From the IMG/VR virus record IMGVR_UViG_3300028797_000124, positions 32,001-96,000 of that record: a stretch of 64,000 nt of DNA. One strand, written 5' to 3'. Each line of letters opens with the position of its first letter. Position 1 is the stretch's first letter. The notes below the pieces were generated by a model. That model did no database searches, was not told the DNA's origin, and saw only the letters and a list, made by a program, of their open reading frames with translations. Below, piece by piece: positions 1-9,386 of this stretch. The position numbers and the translations under genes were made by a program. The DNA comes from a virus (Duplodnaviria; Caudoviricetes).

Positions 1-2
1 CT

Positions 3-704
3 TTCGTCAAGAAGATGGATGGAGAAAGATACAAGCAGTTTGTATATTATTGGAATGAAGCAATCAAACGTATCGAGATAATTCTCAAATACGTTCCATC
101 TGCATACTTTGTCAGATGTGATAAGTTCGACTCATATGTTGTACCCAACCTCATGTGGGATTATGAACACACCAACAGACATCGCGTCATCGTTACCTCA
201 AATCCTTTCTTCACTAACTATGTTTACATGAAGAATGCACACATCTTATATTCCAGATATAATGGATATAAGATCAATCAGCTGTTTGAACCGGCTATGA
301 TAGTACAGGCTGTATCAAAGATCGATGAAGATGTTATGACGACCTTTATCAAGAATAGAGTATTCTACAATATTCTGTCGGAAATAATTGGTGACTTCGA
401 TCGTGGAATCATCGGACTCACTCAGCTTGGATTATCTACGTTCGCTGCAGATTTATTGAGGGCAGTTGAAAGACACGAGGTTCCTGAGAACCCGTCATCA
501 ATCGAGAGTGTCCTCCCGGTTATCAAACCAACGTTTCATGATTATCTCAGGAGAGCATATCCTCTTGTAGATATACCATCACATACAAACATGATCAAAC
601 CGTCGATGATTGAAAAAGTCAAGAGTAATCTTGTTGACTTATATGATATCGATGGATTATCCCAGATCAATGTTGAGGGAATGAATCTGTTGGAACTTCT
701 GTAA
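3..704 (+). CDS. C-terminal part of a phage protein, possibly 5'-3' exonuclease/FEN-like (5' truncated by window edge)
   Basis: Frame is open from base 3 with no RBS before ATG 15. IIGDFDRGIIGLTQLG weakly resembles the helix-3-turn-helix motif of 5' nucleases. A terminator follows. Confidence 0.4.
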   Translation, partial: FVKKMDGERYKQFVYYWNEAIKRIEIILKYVPSAYFVRCDKFDSYVVPNLMWDYEHTNRHRVIVTSNPFFTNYVYMKNAHILYSRYNGYKINQLFEPAMIVQAVSKIDEDVMTTFIKNRVFYNILSEIIGDFDRGIIGLTQLGLSTFAADLLRAVERHEVPENPSSIESVLPVIKPTFHDYLRRAYPLVDIPSHTNMIKPSMIEKVKSNLVDLYDIDGLSQINVEGMNLLELL

Positions 705-745
705 TGTGTGGGGGCATTTTAGCCCCCTCATATTCTTTTCTTTTG
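704..745 (+). terminator. Intrinsic terminator
   Basis: GGGGGC-atttta-GCCCCC stem followed by ATTCTTTTCTTTT directly after the stop codon. Confidence 0.8.
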
Positions 746-749
746 TATG

Positions 750-794
750 TATATTATTAACTTGATACCTGTCCAATGAAATCTTTAGGTATCA
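750..794 (+). promoter_or_regulatory. Putative early phage promoter TATATTAT with downstream 5'-leader hairpin
   Basis: TATATTAT 750-757, then inverted repeat TGATACCT (763-770)/AGGTATCA (787-794) and RBS AGAAAGGA. The same layout recurs at 3181. Confidence 0.6.
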
Positions 795-811
795 GAAAGG
801 ATGTTTATACC

Positions 812-1408
812 ATGTATAAAATTATCAAAGAAGAAGATCTGATCCCGATGTTTACATCGATCGATGAATTCATCAATGACTGGGACACACAATTGGAGAT
901 AACGAATCGTGCGTTCTACAGATACCATGAAGAGGTTCTTTCTAAGATATCCTCGCATGAATTTATGGATATCACAGAACGTTTGAATCTCTCAAATTAC
1001 ATCACAACTTCAGAAGACATTCGTAGAAACTTGGAAGTTTATAAAGGTATCTTCGAAGATATTAATGAACTCTTCAAGAAAGTCAAAGTATATTATACTC
1101 TGAGAGAGTGCATGATTCCCGAATCATTTTCGGATGCCCGCAAAATGAACATGCACAAAGTATCAATCATTCCAAATGGATCTTATATTGATCTGATAGA
1201 AATTAAGATAATGCCCGGTGACACCATTCAAATCGATGTTTGGAAGAAAATCGGAAAGCAGATTGTAACCGATTATGTGCATGGTGGATTAATCGAGGCT
1301 GATGAAGTGAAGCACTATGTTCAGATGTGCACAACCAACATGATCGTGGCAACTGTTCAGGAGATGGTTGAAACAATGGCAAAAAATTATCCGGAGGAAA
1401 TAAAATGA
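812..1408 (+). CDS. Hypothetical protein
   Basis: ORF 776-1408. ATG 812 is preceded by AGAAAGGA. The stop overlaps the next start (ATGA). Confidence 0.75.
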   Translation: MYKIIKEEDLIPMFTSIDEFINDWDTQLEITNRAFYRYHEEVLSKISSHEFMDITERLNLSNYITTSEDIRRNLEVYKGIFEDINELFKKVKVYYTLRECMIPESFSDARKMNMHKVSIIPNGSYIDLIEIKIMPGDTIQIDVWKKIGKQIVTDYVHGGLIEADEVKHYVQMCTTNMIVATVQEMVETMAKNYPEEIK

Positions 1409-2685
1409 AGAAAGAAACAAGAAATGCGGTCATTGGAGGATTGGCCATGTCTGCAATATCGGGAGTATTCAATCCAATAATTCAGGCTGGTTCAAAGGCG
1501 GTTGTTGATAAGCTAACGCACACGATTGCTATCAACGATTACGCTTATGCGTTGGAAGCGGGGTTGGGACACTTCTTCAAAGACATCGAGGATGTGTTCT
1601 ATCTCAATAACAACAACGAACCTGATTTCCGCAAAAACATTTCATATTATAATATGACTCCAACGCCTCAGAAACAGACGATTTTGTGGGGCGGTTACCC
1701 AATCACATTTTCAACAAATGTGAACAAAGAAGGTGATAACAACAACACAAGATGTGGAATGTCGTTGTCAACTATAAACACACCCGGTGCCATCAAGAAC
1801 TTGAAACGCTTCATGAAGGTATGCCATAAGATACAGCATGAACGTGAAATCAAGAATGTTCGCGATGAGGTATCCGTATACGGAACCGGCAGACATATGG
1901 ATCTTGTCAGATTCTATCTCAAGCCGTTTACAAAGCGAACATTCCAGAATACGTTCATCCCATCTGATCAGGAAACACTCATAAAGGAATCATTAGATAA
2001 GTTCGTTTCCAAAAGAGACTGGTATAAAGAAAATCATATCCCTTACCATTTCGGATTCCTTTTATATGGCAAGGGTGGAACCGGTAAATCCACTTTGGCT
2101 CAGGCGATTGCAGATTATATCCATGCCGAGCTGATAGTATTTCCAGGTGATGCTATCTCAGAACTGCCGAAATATATCGGTACAGACATCTGCAGAGACA
2201 CAGTCGATTCATCAATATACAGAGTCGTATGTATTGAGGACGTGGACTGTGGTTTTGCCCAGGCCAGGATGACATCTGTATGGGATGATGAAGAAGAAAA
2301 AGAAGTTAAGCGCAAAGTGGGACTGGCTGAGATACTTAATTGTATTGACGGTCTCCAGGCTCCTCAGAATACCATATATGTGTTCACTACGAACCATATG
2401 GAGAAACTGGATCCAGCTTTGATACGTCCTGGAAGATGCGATGTCAAGCTGGAAATCCCAGGTGTCACATACGACACTTTCAAAAAGTTCGCCGTATATC
2501 ATTATGGTGAGGGAGCTGACACATTCATAGATGATCACTTCATCAAGGACTTCAGAGTAGACTCTGAAATTACATTCGCTGAACTTCAGACAGATGTAAT
2601 GAAGGGCAAAACTCTGGGTGATATAGCTATGAAAGTTATGCAGCCCACAACACCATACCCAAGAACAGGAGGATTTAGATCATGA
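1405..2685 (+). CDS. BCS1-like AAA+ ATPase
   Basis: DWY...IPY..GFLLYG, Walker A GKGGTGKS, Walker B CIEDVD, LAEILNCIDGL, FTTNH..KLDPALIRPGRCD; N-terminal hydrophobic segment. Confidence 0.85.
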   Translation: MKKETRNAVIGGLAMSAISGVFNPIIQAGSKAVVDKLTHTIAINDYAYALEAGLGHFFKDIEDVFYLNNNNEPDFRKNISYYNMTPTPQKQTILWGGYPITFSTNVNKEGDNNNTRCGMSLSTINTPGAIKNLKRFMKVCHKIQHEREIKNVRDEVSVYGTGRHMDLVRFYLKPFTKRTFQNTFIPSDQETLIKESLDKFVSKRDWYKENHIPYHFGFLLYGKGGTGKSTLAQAIADYIHAELIVFPGDAISELPKYIGTDICRDTVDSSIYRVVCIEDVDCGFAQARMTSVWDDEEEKEVKRKVGLAEILNCIDGLQAPQNTIYVFTTNHMEKLDPALIRPGRCDVKLEIPGVTYDTFKKFAVYHYGEGADTFIDDHFIKDFRVDSEITFAELQTDVMKGKTLGDIAMKVMQPTTPYPRTGGFRS

Positions 2686-2882
2686 AAAAACTTATCAAAA
2701 TCGTATTAATTCTCGGAGGAGTTATCATCGGCGGTTATACTATCGCCGCACTCTTAGCAGTTCTCAGCAAGCGTGAAGAAGACGATGATGACGTTGAATA
2801 TTGTAACTACGATGATCTCGAGTGCATGCCCGGCGTTAACGGAGTTTCACTCTCAGACGATATTGATATCGATGTGGAGTGA
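2682..2882 (+). CDS. Small membrane-anchored protein with acidic tail
   Basis: N-terminal MKK plus hydrophobic stretch, then D/E-rich tail; RBS AGGAGG; ATGA overlap with the ATPase gene. Confidence 0.7.
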   Translation: MKKLIKIVLILGGVIIGGYTIAALLAVLSKREEDDDDVEYCNYDDLECMPGVNGVSLSDDIDIDVE

Positions 2883-3154
2883 TTTCTATGAACATAGAAG
2901 ATTTCAGAAAAATAAAAGCTGATAGGGGTGAAAGTGCCAAATACGGTAATCTCTGCTGGTATTGCAGATTCAATTGTTCAACAAAAGAATGCAATAAACA
3001 CGGCCATGATTGTGACAGCTTTATTGAAATGGACAATTCCGTTAAAAGAGCATACACGTATCAAGCATTCAAAGAACTGAAAGAATCGTATAATGATTCT
3101 CTCAATGAAGCACACAATACTCTCAGTAAATTGACCAAAGGTTATTGTCACTGA
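2879..3154 (+). CDS. Small Cys-rich hypothetical protein
   Basis: CWYC...C...C.....C cluster. The true start may be ATG 2888. Confidence 0.65.
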   Translation: MISMNIEDFRKIKADRGESAKYGNLCWYCRFNCSTKECNKHGHDCDSFIEMDNSVKRAYTYQAFKELKESYNDSLNEAHNTLSKLTKGYCH

Positions 3155-3180
3155 AAGCTACTATTTCCTTTCTGCATATA

Positions 3181-3223
3181 TATATTATTAATATGCACAC
3201 CTAACAAATATATTGCGTGTGCA
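3181..3223 (+). promoter_or_regulatory. Putative early phage promoter TATATTAT with downstream 5'-leader hairpin
   Basis: TATATTAT 3181-3188, then TGCACAC (3194-3200)/GTGTGCA (3217-3223). Confidence 0.6.
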
Positions 3224-3257
3224 AGAAAATAAATAAAGTGTAGAAAGGAAGAGCTTT

Positions 3258-4052
3258 ATGCTTAACAAAAGAAATCATTCAAATTTAGAAATCCAGGTTG
3301 CCTCATCGGAGGTATTTCTGGACGCGGTATCCTTCTTCAGCAAAGCTGGAGTAAAGTTCATAAACAAGAAACGTGACCATAGATATGGATTGTCAATCTT
3401 AATAGATGACAGCCTGAAGCGCCCTGTGATCATCACCCCTTTCAGATATGCCATGAGTAGAAACGCTCTTGCGTACCTCTATGTGGAATTGATTAAAGGC
3501 GAGCGATTCGGTGGTGCTCGCCGCATCCAGTATCTGATAAGAGTAATAAACAACCTGATCAAAGATGGATACCGCAGAGGTTCAATGTTGTCTTTCAACA
3601 TTGAAACAGGAAAGAACCGTCTGAGATCATTTGAGGTTCTCTCTATCTTCTTTAACATCGCAGAGAGGGCTTTAACATATTCCATCGGGGGAGAAATAGA
3701 ACATCTTGGTGATATCTATTCACTCCTCGGTGGAGAAACAGGTGCATATCAGTTCTTCAAGGAAGTATTGCTTGCAACGGAAGCAAGCATACCCGAACTT
3801 GAGGACACATGTGATAAACCAGTGATTGGACATATTTCAGATATTAAATGTTATACTTGCAAATATTGCAAGTGTGACAAAGATGGGGTCAGAACATGCA
3901 CAAAGGTTGCGACCTATGTTGACCCCAAGAAATATGGTGAGGATCCCAATCATTATGGTGACGCTCACCACAGTGATGACTGTGAAGGTCTTGTGTCCAC
4001 AGTTATCGATTCGAGGATGGACACCTGCGACAATTACGTGTCCAGAATCTAA
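3258..4052 (+). CDS. Hypothetical protein with C-terminal Cys-rich region
   Basis: 264-aa ORF, RBS AGAAAGGA, CYTCKYCKC motif near the C-terminus. Confidence 0.75.
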   Translation: MLNKRNHSNLEIQVASSEVFLDAVSFFSKAGVKFINKKRDHRYGLSILIDDSLKRPVIITPFRYAMSRNALAYLYVELIKGERFGGARRIQYLIRVINNLIKDGYRRGSMLSFNIETGKNRLRSFEVLSIFFNIAERALTYSIGGEIEHLGDIYSLLGGETGAYQFFKEVLLATEASIPELEDTCDKPVIGHISDIKCYTCKYCKCDKDGVRTCTKVATYVDPKKYGEDPNHYGDAHHSDDCEGLVSTVIDSRMDTCDNYVSRI

Positions 4053-4146
4053 GCTACTTAATAAACCAATGATGGAAATACCGTGAGCAAGGTATATGCA
4101 TCATTGAAGACTCGACCACGGACAAGTGAGAGTATAAACTTATGAA

Positions 4147-4187
4147 GAATTGAGGGGGCGGACAAGCCCCCTATAAATTCTTTTTTT
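4147..4187 (+). terminator. Intrinsic terminator
   Basis: AGGGGGC-ggacaa-GCCCCCT followed by ATTC and a T-run. Confidence 0.8.
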
Positions 4188-4216
4188 GTATTAATATTGT
4201 TCCTTTATAACGCCGA

Positions 4217-4229
4217 AACGTTTCCATAA
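4217..4229 (+). promoter_or_regulatory. Putative late promoter AAC-N7-TAA
   Basis: AACGTTTCCATAA upstream of the tail-appendage operon. The same spacing recurs at 24000, 60215 and 60264. Confidence 0.4.
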
Positions 4230-4254
4230 TGATACTTTGAAAGGAGATGTTATT

Positions 4255-4458
4255 ATGGCGCGAAATCAAGAAACGCCCGTAACATTCATGCTTCCCGATA
4301 ATGATCAGGTTGATCTGATTACGTGGGAATTTGTATTGAAACAACTTGATGAGTTGACTGCTACTACTCTGGAGAAAATGATGCAGAGTAACACTCATCT
4401 CAAAAATATTGCTAATAAACTTGAGTCATTTATTGACGATGGTGGAGAGGAGGAGTAA
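4255..4458 (+). CDS. Small hypothetical protein (tail-appendage operon)
   Basis: RBS GAAAGGAG before ATG 4255. Confidence 0.7.
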   Translation: MARNQETPVTFMLPDNDQVDLITWEFVLKQLDELTATTLEKMMQSNTHLKNIANKLESFIDDGGEEE

Positions 4459-4461
4459 TTT

Positions 4462-4872
4462 ATGGCACAGGATTTTTTCTCAAGATTGCTTGCTATTGAA
4501 ACCGAAAGAGAAGCACAGTTGAAACGAATCTGGGAAGCAATCGAACAGCTGAAGATTGGTTCTGGTTCTGCTTCAATCGAAGACTATGCAACTGATAAGT
4601 TCTATAGAAGAAACACTCTCTTGGTTGATCCTTTAACTGAGACCGTATATAGAACAATACCAAAAGATGGATTTACATCAACTACACTCGAACAAGATAG
4701 AGAGGCCGGTAGACTTAAGCTCGTTGGTTTCGAATCTCAGTTCGTTACATTCAACCATCAGCCTACTCAGGGCGAAATCGATACATTGCCTGAGGATGTA
4801 CTCGTTGCGATTTACTCGCCTCAGGACGATCCTTACACGCCCGCTCTTTCAACTGATAATTTTGAAGGTTAA
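4462..4872 (+). CDS. Hypothetical protein, probably virion/tail associated
   Basis: RBS GAGGAGGAG; short N-terminal coiled coil followed by a small beta module; co-oriented with tail genes. Confidence 0.7.
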   Translation: MAQDFFSRLLAIETEREAQLKRIWEAIEQLKIGSGSASIEDYATDKFYRRNTLLVDPLTETVYRTIPKDGFTSTTLEQDREAGRLKLVGFESQFVTFNHQPTQGEIDTLPEDVLVAIYSPQDDPYTPALSTDNFEG

Positions 4873-4901
4873 TTTTATTTTTGTAATAAGGAGGTGATAT
4901 T

Positions 4902-7900
4902 ATGTCTGATGTTTATTTGTATAACAATGAAATGTGGAGGGTTAAGTACCATTTTCCATATACCGGTGAGATGCAACCATTTCGTCTAAATCCCGGAAGA
5001 TATCTTTGTATCTGCAAAGGTGCCAAAGGCGGTTCTTATCCATCCAGATATCAGAATCGTGGTGGATGTTCATACGGCATTCTGAATCTTGAATCACCTC
5101 TAAATGCTTACGCCGTTGTTGGTGGAGATGGTGGAGACTCACCAATGTCCACAACAGACTATGGCGAAGGTGGATACAATGGTGGTGGTCATGGTGGTAT
5201 GTCATGTAATCCGGGAACATACAGAAACGGTGCTGGTGGAGGTGGTGCTTCCGACATCCGTTTATCAAATGAAGGTGATCAAGAAGTCACAATACAGCAT
5301 CAAGTGCCAGACTGGTTTACTGAAGTTGAATATATTCGTTCTGACGGAACGCAGTACCTTAATACTGGTATTATGGGCTCAAGCGATCTTTCCTTTGAAA
5401 TGCGATTTACCCCACATGATAGGATTGGTGATACCGGTTATGGTACAATATTTGCTTCGAATTCAAATTCAAGCACATGGTTGAATAACAGCTATTATCT
5501 TACAACTTGGGGCAATAGTAGCTATATGCCAATATCCGGTGTTTTCGCATATGGTAATGCTGGTATAGCAGCTCACATGAGTCAAGATTCGGATACAAGG
5601 ATGTCTTTTGCTAATAACGTTCTGACTGTTAATGACAACGATTATTCCGTAACACCTAAGACTTTTTCAAGTGGATGCAATATATACCTGTTTGCTGCAA
5701 ACTACAATGGTACTGTAAAAGAAAAAAGTAAAGTTTCAATCAGGTATTTGAAGCTATCTGATTCAACAGGCTTGAAAAGATTCTTCGTTCCGTTTGTTAA
5801 TACTGGAACTGAAATAGATATTTCAAATGTTCAACTTTCACAAGGTACAATATATTCAGGAACAGGAACTCCCGGTGCAGACAATGACGATCCGTCACTT
5901 TATTCAATACGAGTTAGATCTCAAACATATATCCCGATAGATCCGGAGCATAAATATATCTCAGTATCTGGTACGGCTTCGACTACGCTGGAAATGCTTT
6001 ATATTTTTTACGGTTCCGAGCAACAATTTTTATCATACCATGATGGTTGGGTATCGAGTGGAAGTAAAATTGAAATACCATCACAGGCTCATTATTTCAG
6101 ATTTATAATCAGAAGAGCGAATGGAAATGCAATATCTGTGTTAGATATAACAAGCGTGGGTCTGAAGTATTATGAATCAACTGTTGCAAGTGGATTATAT
6201 GATCTTGTAAATGATAGGATTTATGAAAAAGGGACGGGTAACGATTTCACTGTTGGAAATCCCGTTCAGACAAAAACAACATACAATGAAACAAAGATCG
6301 TCAATATAGGATTGATGTCACGTATTATGGTTGCAGGCGGTGCCGGTGGCCAGGGAAATGCAAATTCATTAAATGAATATTCAGACTTCACCGGTTATGG
6401 TGGAGGAGTTAATGGCGGATATCCATGTGTTAAAAGTGGATTAAACCACAATGGATCGTACCCTACTCAGACATCAGGTTATGCGTTTGGACAGGGTGAG
6501 CCGGGTCTGGATAAAACCGCATCCACATCGCCCTCAAGTAACGGTGCAGAAGGTATCGCCGGTGCCGGTGGTGGTTGGTATGGTGGTTATGCTTCAAATA
6601 CCATATCACCGACCGAAACATATTCTTCCGGAAATGGTGGTGGTGGAAGTGGATATATTTTATCATCCACTTCCATTCGACCTGCTGGATATATGTATGG
6701 GTTGCCTGAACGAAATGATTTGGAATTCACCGATACTCTGATGACTTCAGGTCTTGCGAACGAAGCATGTGTAATCATATGTGAACCAACAACAGGTTAT
6801 CTCGGTGGAGAAAGACTCATTTGCGATTGTATTGGATACGGTACAAAATTCAAATTGTATGGTGGAAAATACAAGATTAAGTGTTCAGGTGGTCAAGGTG
6901 CACATCGTACGAAGTATTCTTATGCTCGTAAAGGAGGATATTCCGAAGGCACACTCACTTTACCCGACCAAATAGATGCATATGCATATGTTGGAGGTAG
7001 CGGACTGTTAGCGGCTTCGGATAAGAATGCTGCATTTGTACAGGCGACACACCCAACATTATGCTTCAACGGTGGTGGTAAACCATCGGGATATGGATCT
7101 TTAGCCACCAGTGGTGAAGCTGCCGGTGGTGGTACTGATCTTAGAATTGGTACCGATTCATTGTATGCAAGAGTAATAGTTGCCGGAGGTGCTGGCGGTT
7201 GTGGTAGATTCGATTGCTATGGAGGCGCTGGCGGTGGCCTTGAAGGAAACTACTACAGCTATGATTCTTATGGTTCGAACCCAGGCCCGGGTAAACAGTC
7301 ATCTGGTGGTGGCGGTTTTGGATACGGTGGAAATGGTGTCTCACAAAGCGGAGGCTACGGCGGTGCTGGCGGCGGTGGCTGGTACGGCGGTGGCGCAACC
7401 ACACCTGATGGTTCTGCCGATGATGATAAGGGTGGTTGTGGTGGCTCCGGTTATGTATTAACTGCGGACTCATACAAGCCTGACGGATATCTCCTTGATG
7501 AAACATATTACCTTGAAGATACTTTGCTCGTCACAGGCGGTCAGAACAGATTATATACTGCACCAATAACCGGCATAGTTATAGATGTCATAGAAGCTTC
7601 GACTTCGCCAATACTCGCACATGATAACGAGGGTTACAAATACTATGATGAAGAAAATCATACATGGACTTTCTTACAGAGTGAGGATATAACTGTTGCT
7701 GATTTTGAAACATACGGTTCGATTGGATTTAAAGACGATACAGGTCTTGGTGATCATTATGATCTATACTCTCTCGACACATACAATCTTTCAAATACAT
7801 TGAGATTGACAGTTCTTCCCCCTCCCGGAAAAGTGAAGTTTAGATATCATACACCGCACCTGATGTCAAGATTCAATGTTGACTCGGACGTCGATGAAAC

Positions 7901-9386
7901 TGCGGTTGATTTCGATGTTACTGCAAAGCGTCGTGGTGCTGCAGAAGACTCTTATATCTACTTTACATTCAACTATGATCTTCATGATATACCAACCAAG
8001 GATACCAGAGTATACTGTATTCAAGGTTTCACTCAGGGTGCTTCTTGGGAATATCACCCACCACATCCAGTGGTTCCAGTCGATCCTCCGGAACATAGAG
8101 ATCTCATGCCGGTTGGTAGTGCGATTAGAATGCCCGCAAGATTTAAGAACTATATTGGTTCATTTATCAACGGAAGTGAAGCTATCACAACAATCAATTC
8201 TGCGGTAGTATGCGAGCATAACCGTTGTATTTATTCTGCAACATTGTGCAATGATTCGGTTGTTAGATTTGCCAAATTGAATCTGGTATCGAACACTTCA
8301 TCCGTAATAAAAGATATTCCAAAGAGCCAACTCGGTAACACATATTATGGTGATATCAAGGTAGATGACAATTACATTTATCTTACATCATCTAACAACG
8401 ATAACTCATATGCATTATGGAGAACTCCAAACGGTCCAGATACAACAGTGAACACATACCAGGTTACCAATAGTGATATCTACAGGATTCAGGCCGTTGG
8501 TAAAATGGAGTGGTATGATGATCACACATTGATGCTCATGATGCGTAAAGGTCTTGCATTATTCAATACGCAATCCGCATCGTTCTCATACAGGATGTTT
8601 CCGGATGGTGGTCAAAACAATTCACGTCGAGATTGGGCTCTTGGTAAGTATCATATCATATCATTATATAACGGAACCTCTGATTCGGCATGGATAATAG
8701 ATCCAGAAACTGGCGCTTGTGAAAGTATGAAAGAAACGTATTTTCCATGGGCTGGAGAATATATGAACAATGTTTGTTATCATGATGGGAAATTCTACGT
8801 TGTTCAACGCAACAGATTACACATCGTTGATGATGAGACATTCACTCTTGAGCTCTCGATACCTACACCATTCACAACCATCGATCCAAAACAGATTGTG
8901 TATGGTAACGGCATACTCTACATCACCATTCAAGGACAAGCTTCACTCTATATGTATGATATAGAAGCGAATACTTTCTATGCTACGTCGTTGCCGTTTA
9001 AGATCGATAACTGGATGTCAAACGGTTGGATTAGGGCTTGTGCATTCAGAGGATATTGTTTCGTTCCTCAGATAAGACTATACACAATCAACTTCGTCGA
9101 TAGATCGAAGTACAATCTCGGTTATAAATATGACCAGTTTGTTGTTATAATGAATAAAGAGAATTCGGAAATCCCGGATAATCAATATGAATATGATGAT
9201 AAATATGTCACATTTACCGAAGACAATATGTGGTTGCACGAAGGCAACTTAAACTTCGAACTGGAAGAAGTTGATCCAACAAACCACATCAAAATGGCTT
9301 CTATTGATAAGGAGCTATATAACAAAATTATTTCTTCCAGTTTCGCATATGTTGAACCGGAAGAAGATGAAAGCGAGGGAACATAA
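4902..9386 (+). CDS. Glycine-rich-domain tail/receptor-binding protein (two Gly-rich domains, LamG-like insert, C-terminal propeller-like region)
   Basis: Two copies of C.GA.GG...GG.S.G.L...VGG...GGG.SD.R...SRI.VAGG.GG...GGGGW.GG...GGGSGY. EYIRSDGTQYLNTG...GLYDLV module typical of phage tail LamG-like domains. Confidence 0.75.
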   Translation: MSDVYLYNNEMWRVKYHFPYTGEMQPFRLNPGRYLCICKGAKGGSYPSRYQNRGGCSYGILNLESPLNAYAVVGGDGGDSPMSTTDYGEGGYNGGGHGGMSCNPGTYRNGAGGGGASDIRLSNEGDQEVTIQHQVPDWFTEVEYIRSDGTQYLNTGIMGSSDLSFEMRFTPHDRIGDTGYGTIFASNSNSSTWLNNSYYLTTWGNSSYMPISGVFAYGNAGIAAHMSQDSDTRMSFANNVLTVNDNDYSVTPKTFSSGCNIYLFAANYNGTVKEKSKVSIRYLKLSDSTGLKRFFVPFVNTGTEIDISNVQLSQGTIYSGTGTPGADNDDPSLYSIRVRSQTYIPIDPEHKYISVSGTASTTLEMLYIFYGSEQQFLSYHDGWVSSGSKIEIPSQAHYFRFIIRRANGNAISVLDITSVGLKYYESTVASGLYDLVNDRIYEKGTGNDFTVGNPVQTKTTYNETKIVNIGLMSRIMVAGGAGGQGNANSLNEYSDFTGYGGGVNGGYPCVKSGLNHNGSYPTQTSGYAFGQGEPGLDKTASTSPSSNGAEGIAGAGGGWYGGYASNTISPTETYSSGNGGGGSGYILSSTSIRPAGYMYGLPERNDLEFTDTLMTSGLANEACVIICEPTTGYLGGERLICDCIGYGTKFKLYGGKYKIKCSGGQGAHRTKYSYARKGGYSEGTLTLPDQIDAYAYVGGSGLLAASDKNAAFVQATHPTLCFNGGGKPSGYGSLATSGEAAGGGTDLRIGTDSLYARVIVAGGAGGCGRFDCYGGAGGGLEGNYYSYDSYGSNPGPGKQSSGGGGFGYGGNGVSQSGGYGGAGGGGWYGGGATTPDGSADDDKGGCGGSGYVLTADSYKPDGYLLDETYYLEDTLLVTGGQNRLYTAPITGIVIDVIEASTSPILAHDNEGYKYYDEENHTWTFLQSEDITVADFETYGSIGFKDDTGLGDHYDLYSLDTYNLSNTLRLTVLPPPGKVKFRYHTPHLMSRFNVDSDVDETAVDFDVTAKRRGAAEDSYIYFTFNYDLHDIPTKDTRVYCIQGFTQGASWEYHPPHPVVPVDPPEHRDLMPVGSAIRMPARFKNYIGSFINGSEAITTINSAVVCEHNRCIYSATLCNDSVVRFAKLNLVSNTSSVIKDIPKSQLGNTYYGDIKVDDNYIYLTSSNNDNSYALWRTPNGPDTTVNTYQVTNSDIYRIQAVGKMEWYDDHTLMLMMRKGLALFNTQSASFSYRMFPDGGQNNSRRDWALGKYHIISLYNGTSDSAWIIDPETGACESMKETYFPWAGEYMNNVCYHDGKFYVVQRNRLHIVDDETFTLELSIPTPFTTIDPKQIVYGNGILYITIQGQASLYMYDIEANTFYATSLPFKIDNWMSNGWIRACAFRGYCFVPQIRLYTINFVDRSKYNLGYKYDQFVVIMNKENSEIPDNQYEYDDKYVTFTEDNMWLHEGNLNFELEEVDPTNHIKMASIDKELYNKIISSSFAYVEPEEDESEGT

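Noticed and set aside
4067-4133. Hammerhead or other self-cleaving ribozyme
   Set aside because: The conserved CUGANGA...GAAA core is not present; kept only as a generic structured-RNA candidate.
4902-9386. Eukaryotic ALK/LTK receptor kinase or collagen-like call for the Gly-rich protein
   Set aside because: No kinase motifs and no Gly-X-Y periodicity; only the glycine-rich domain is shared.
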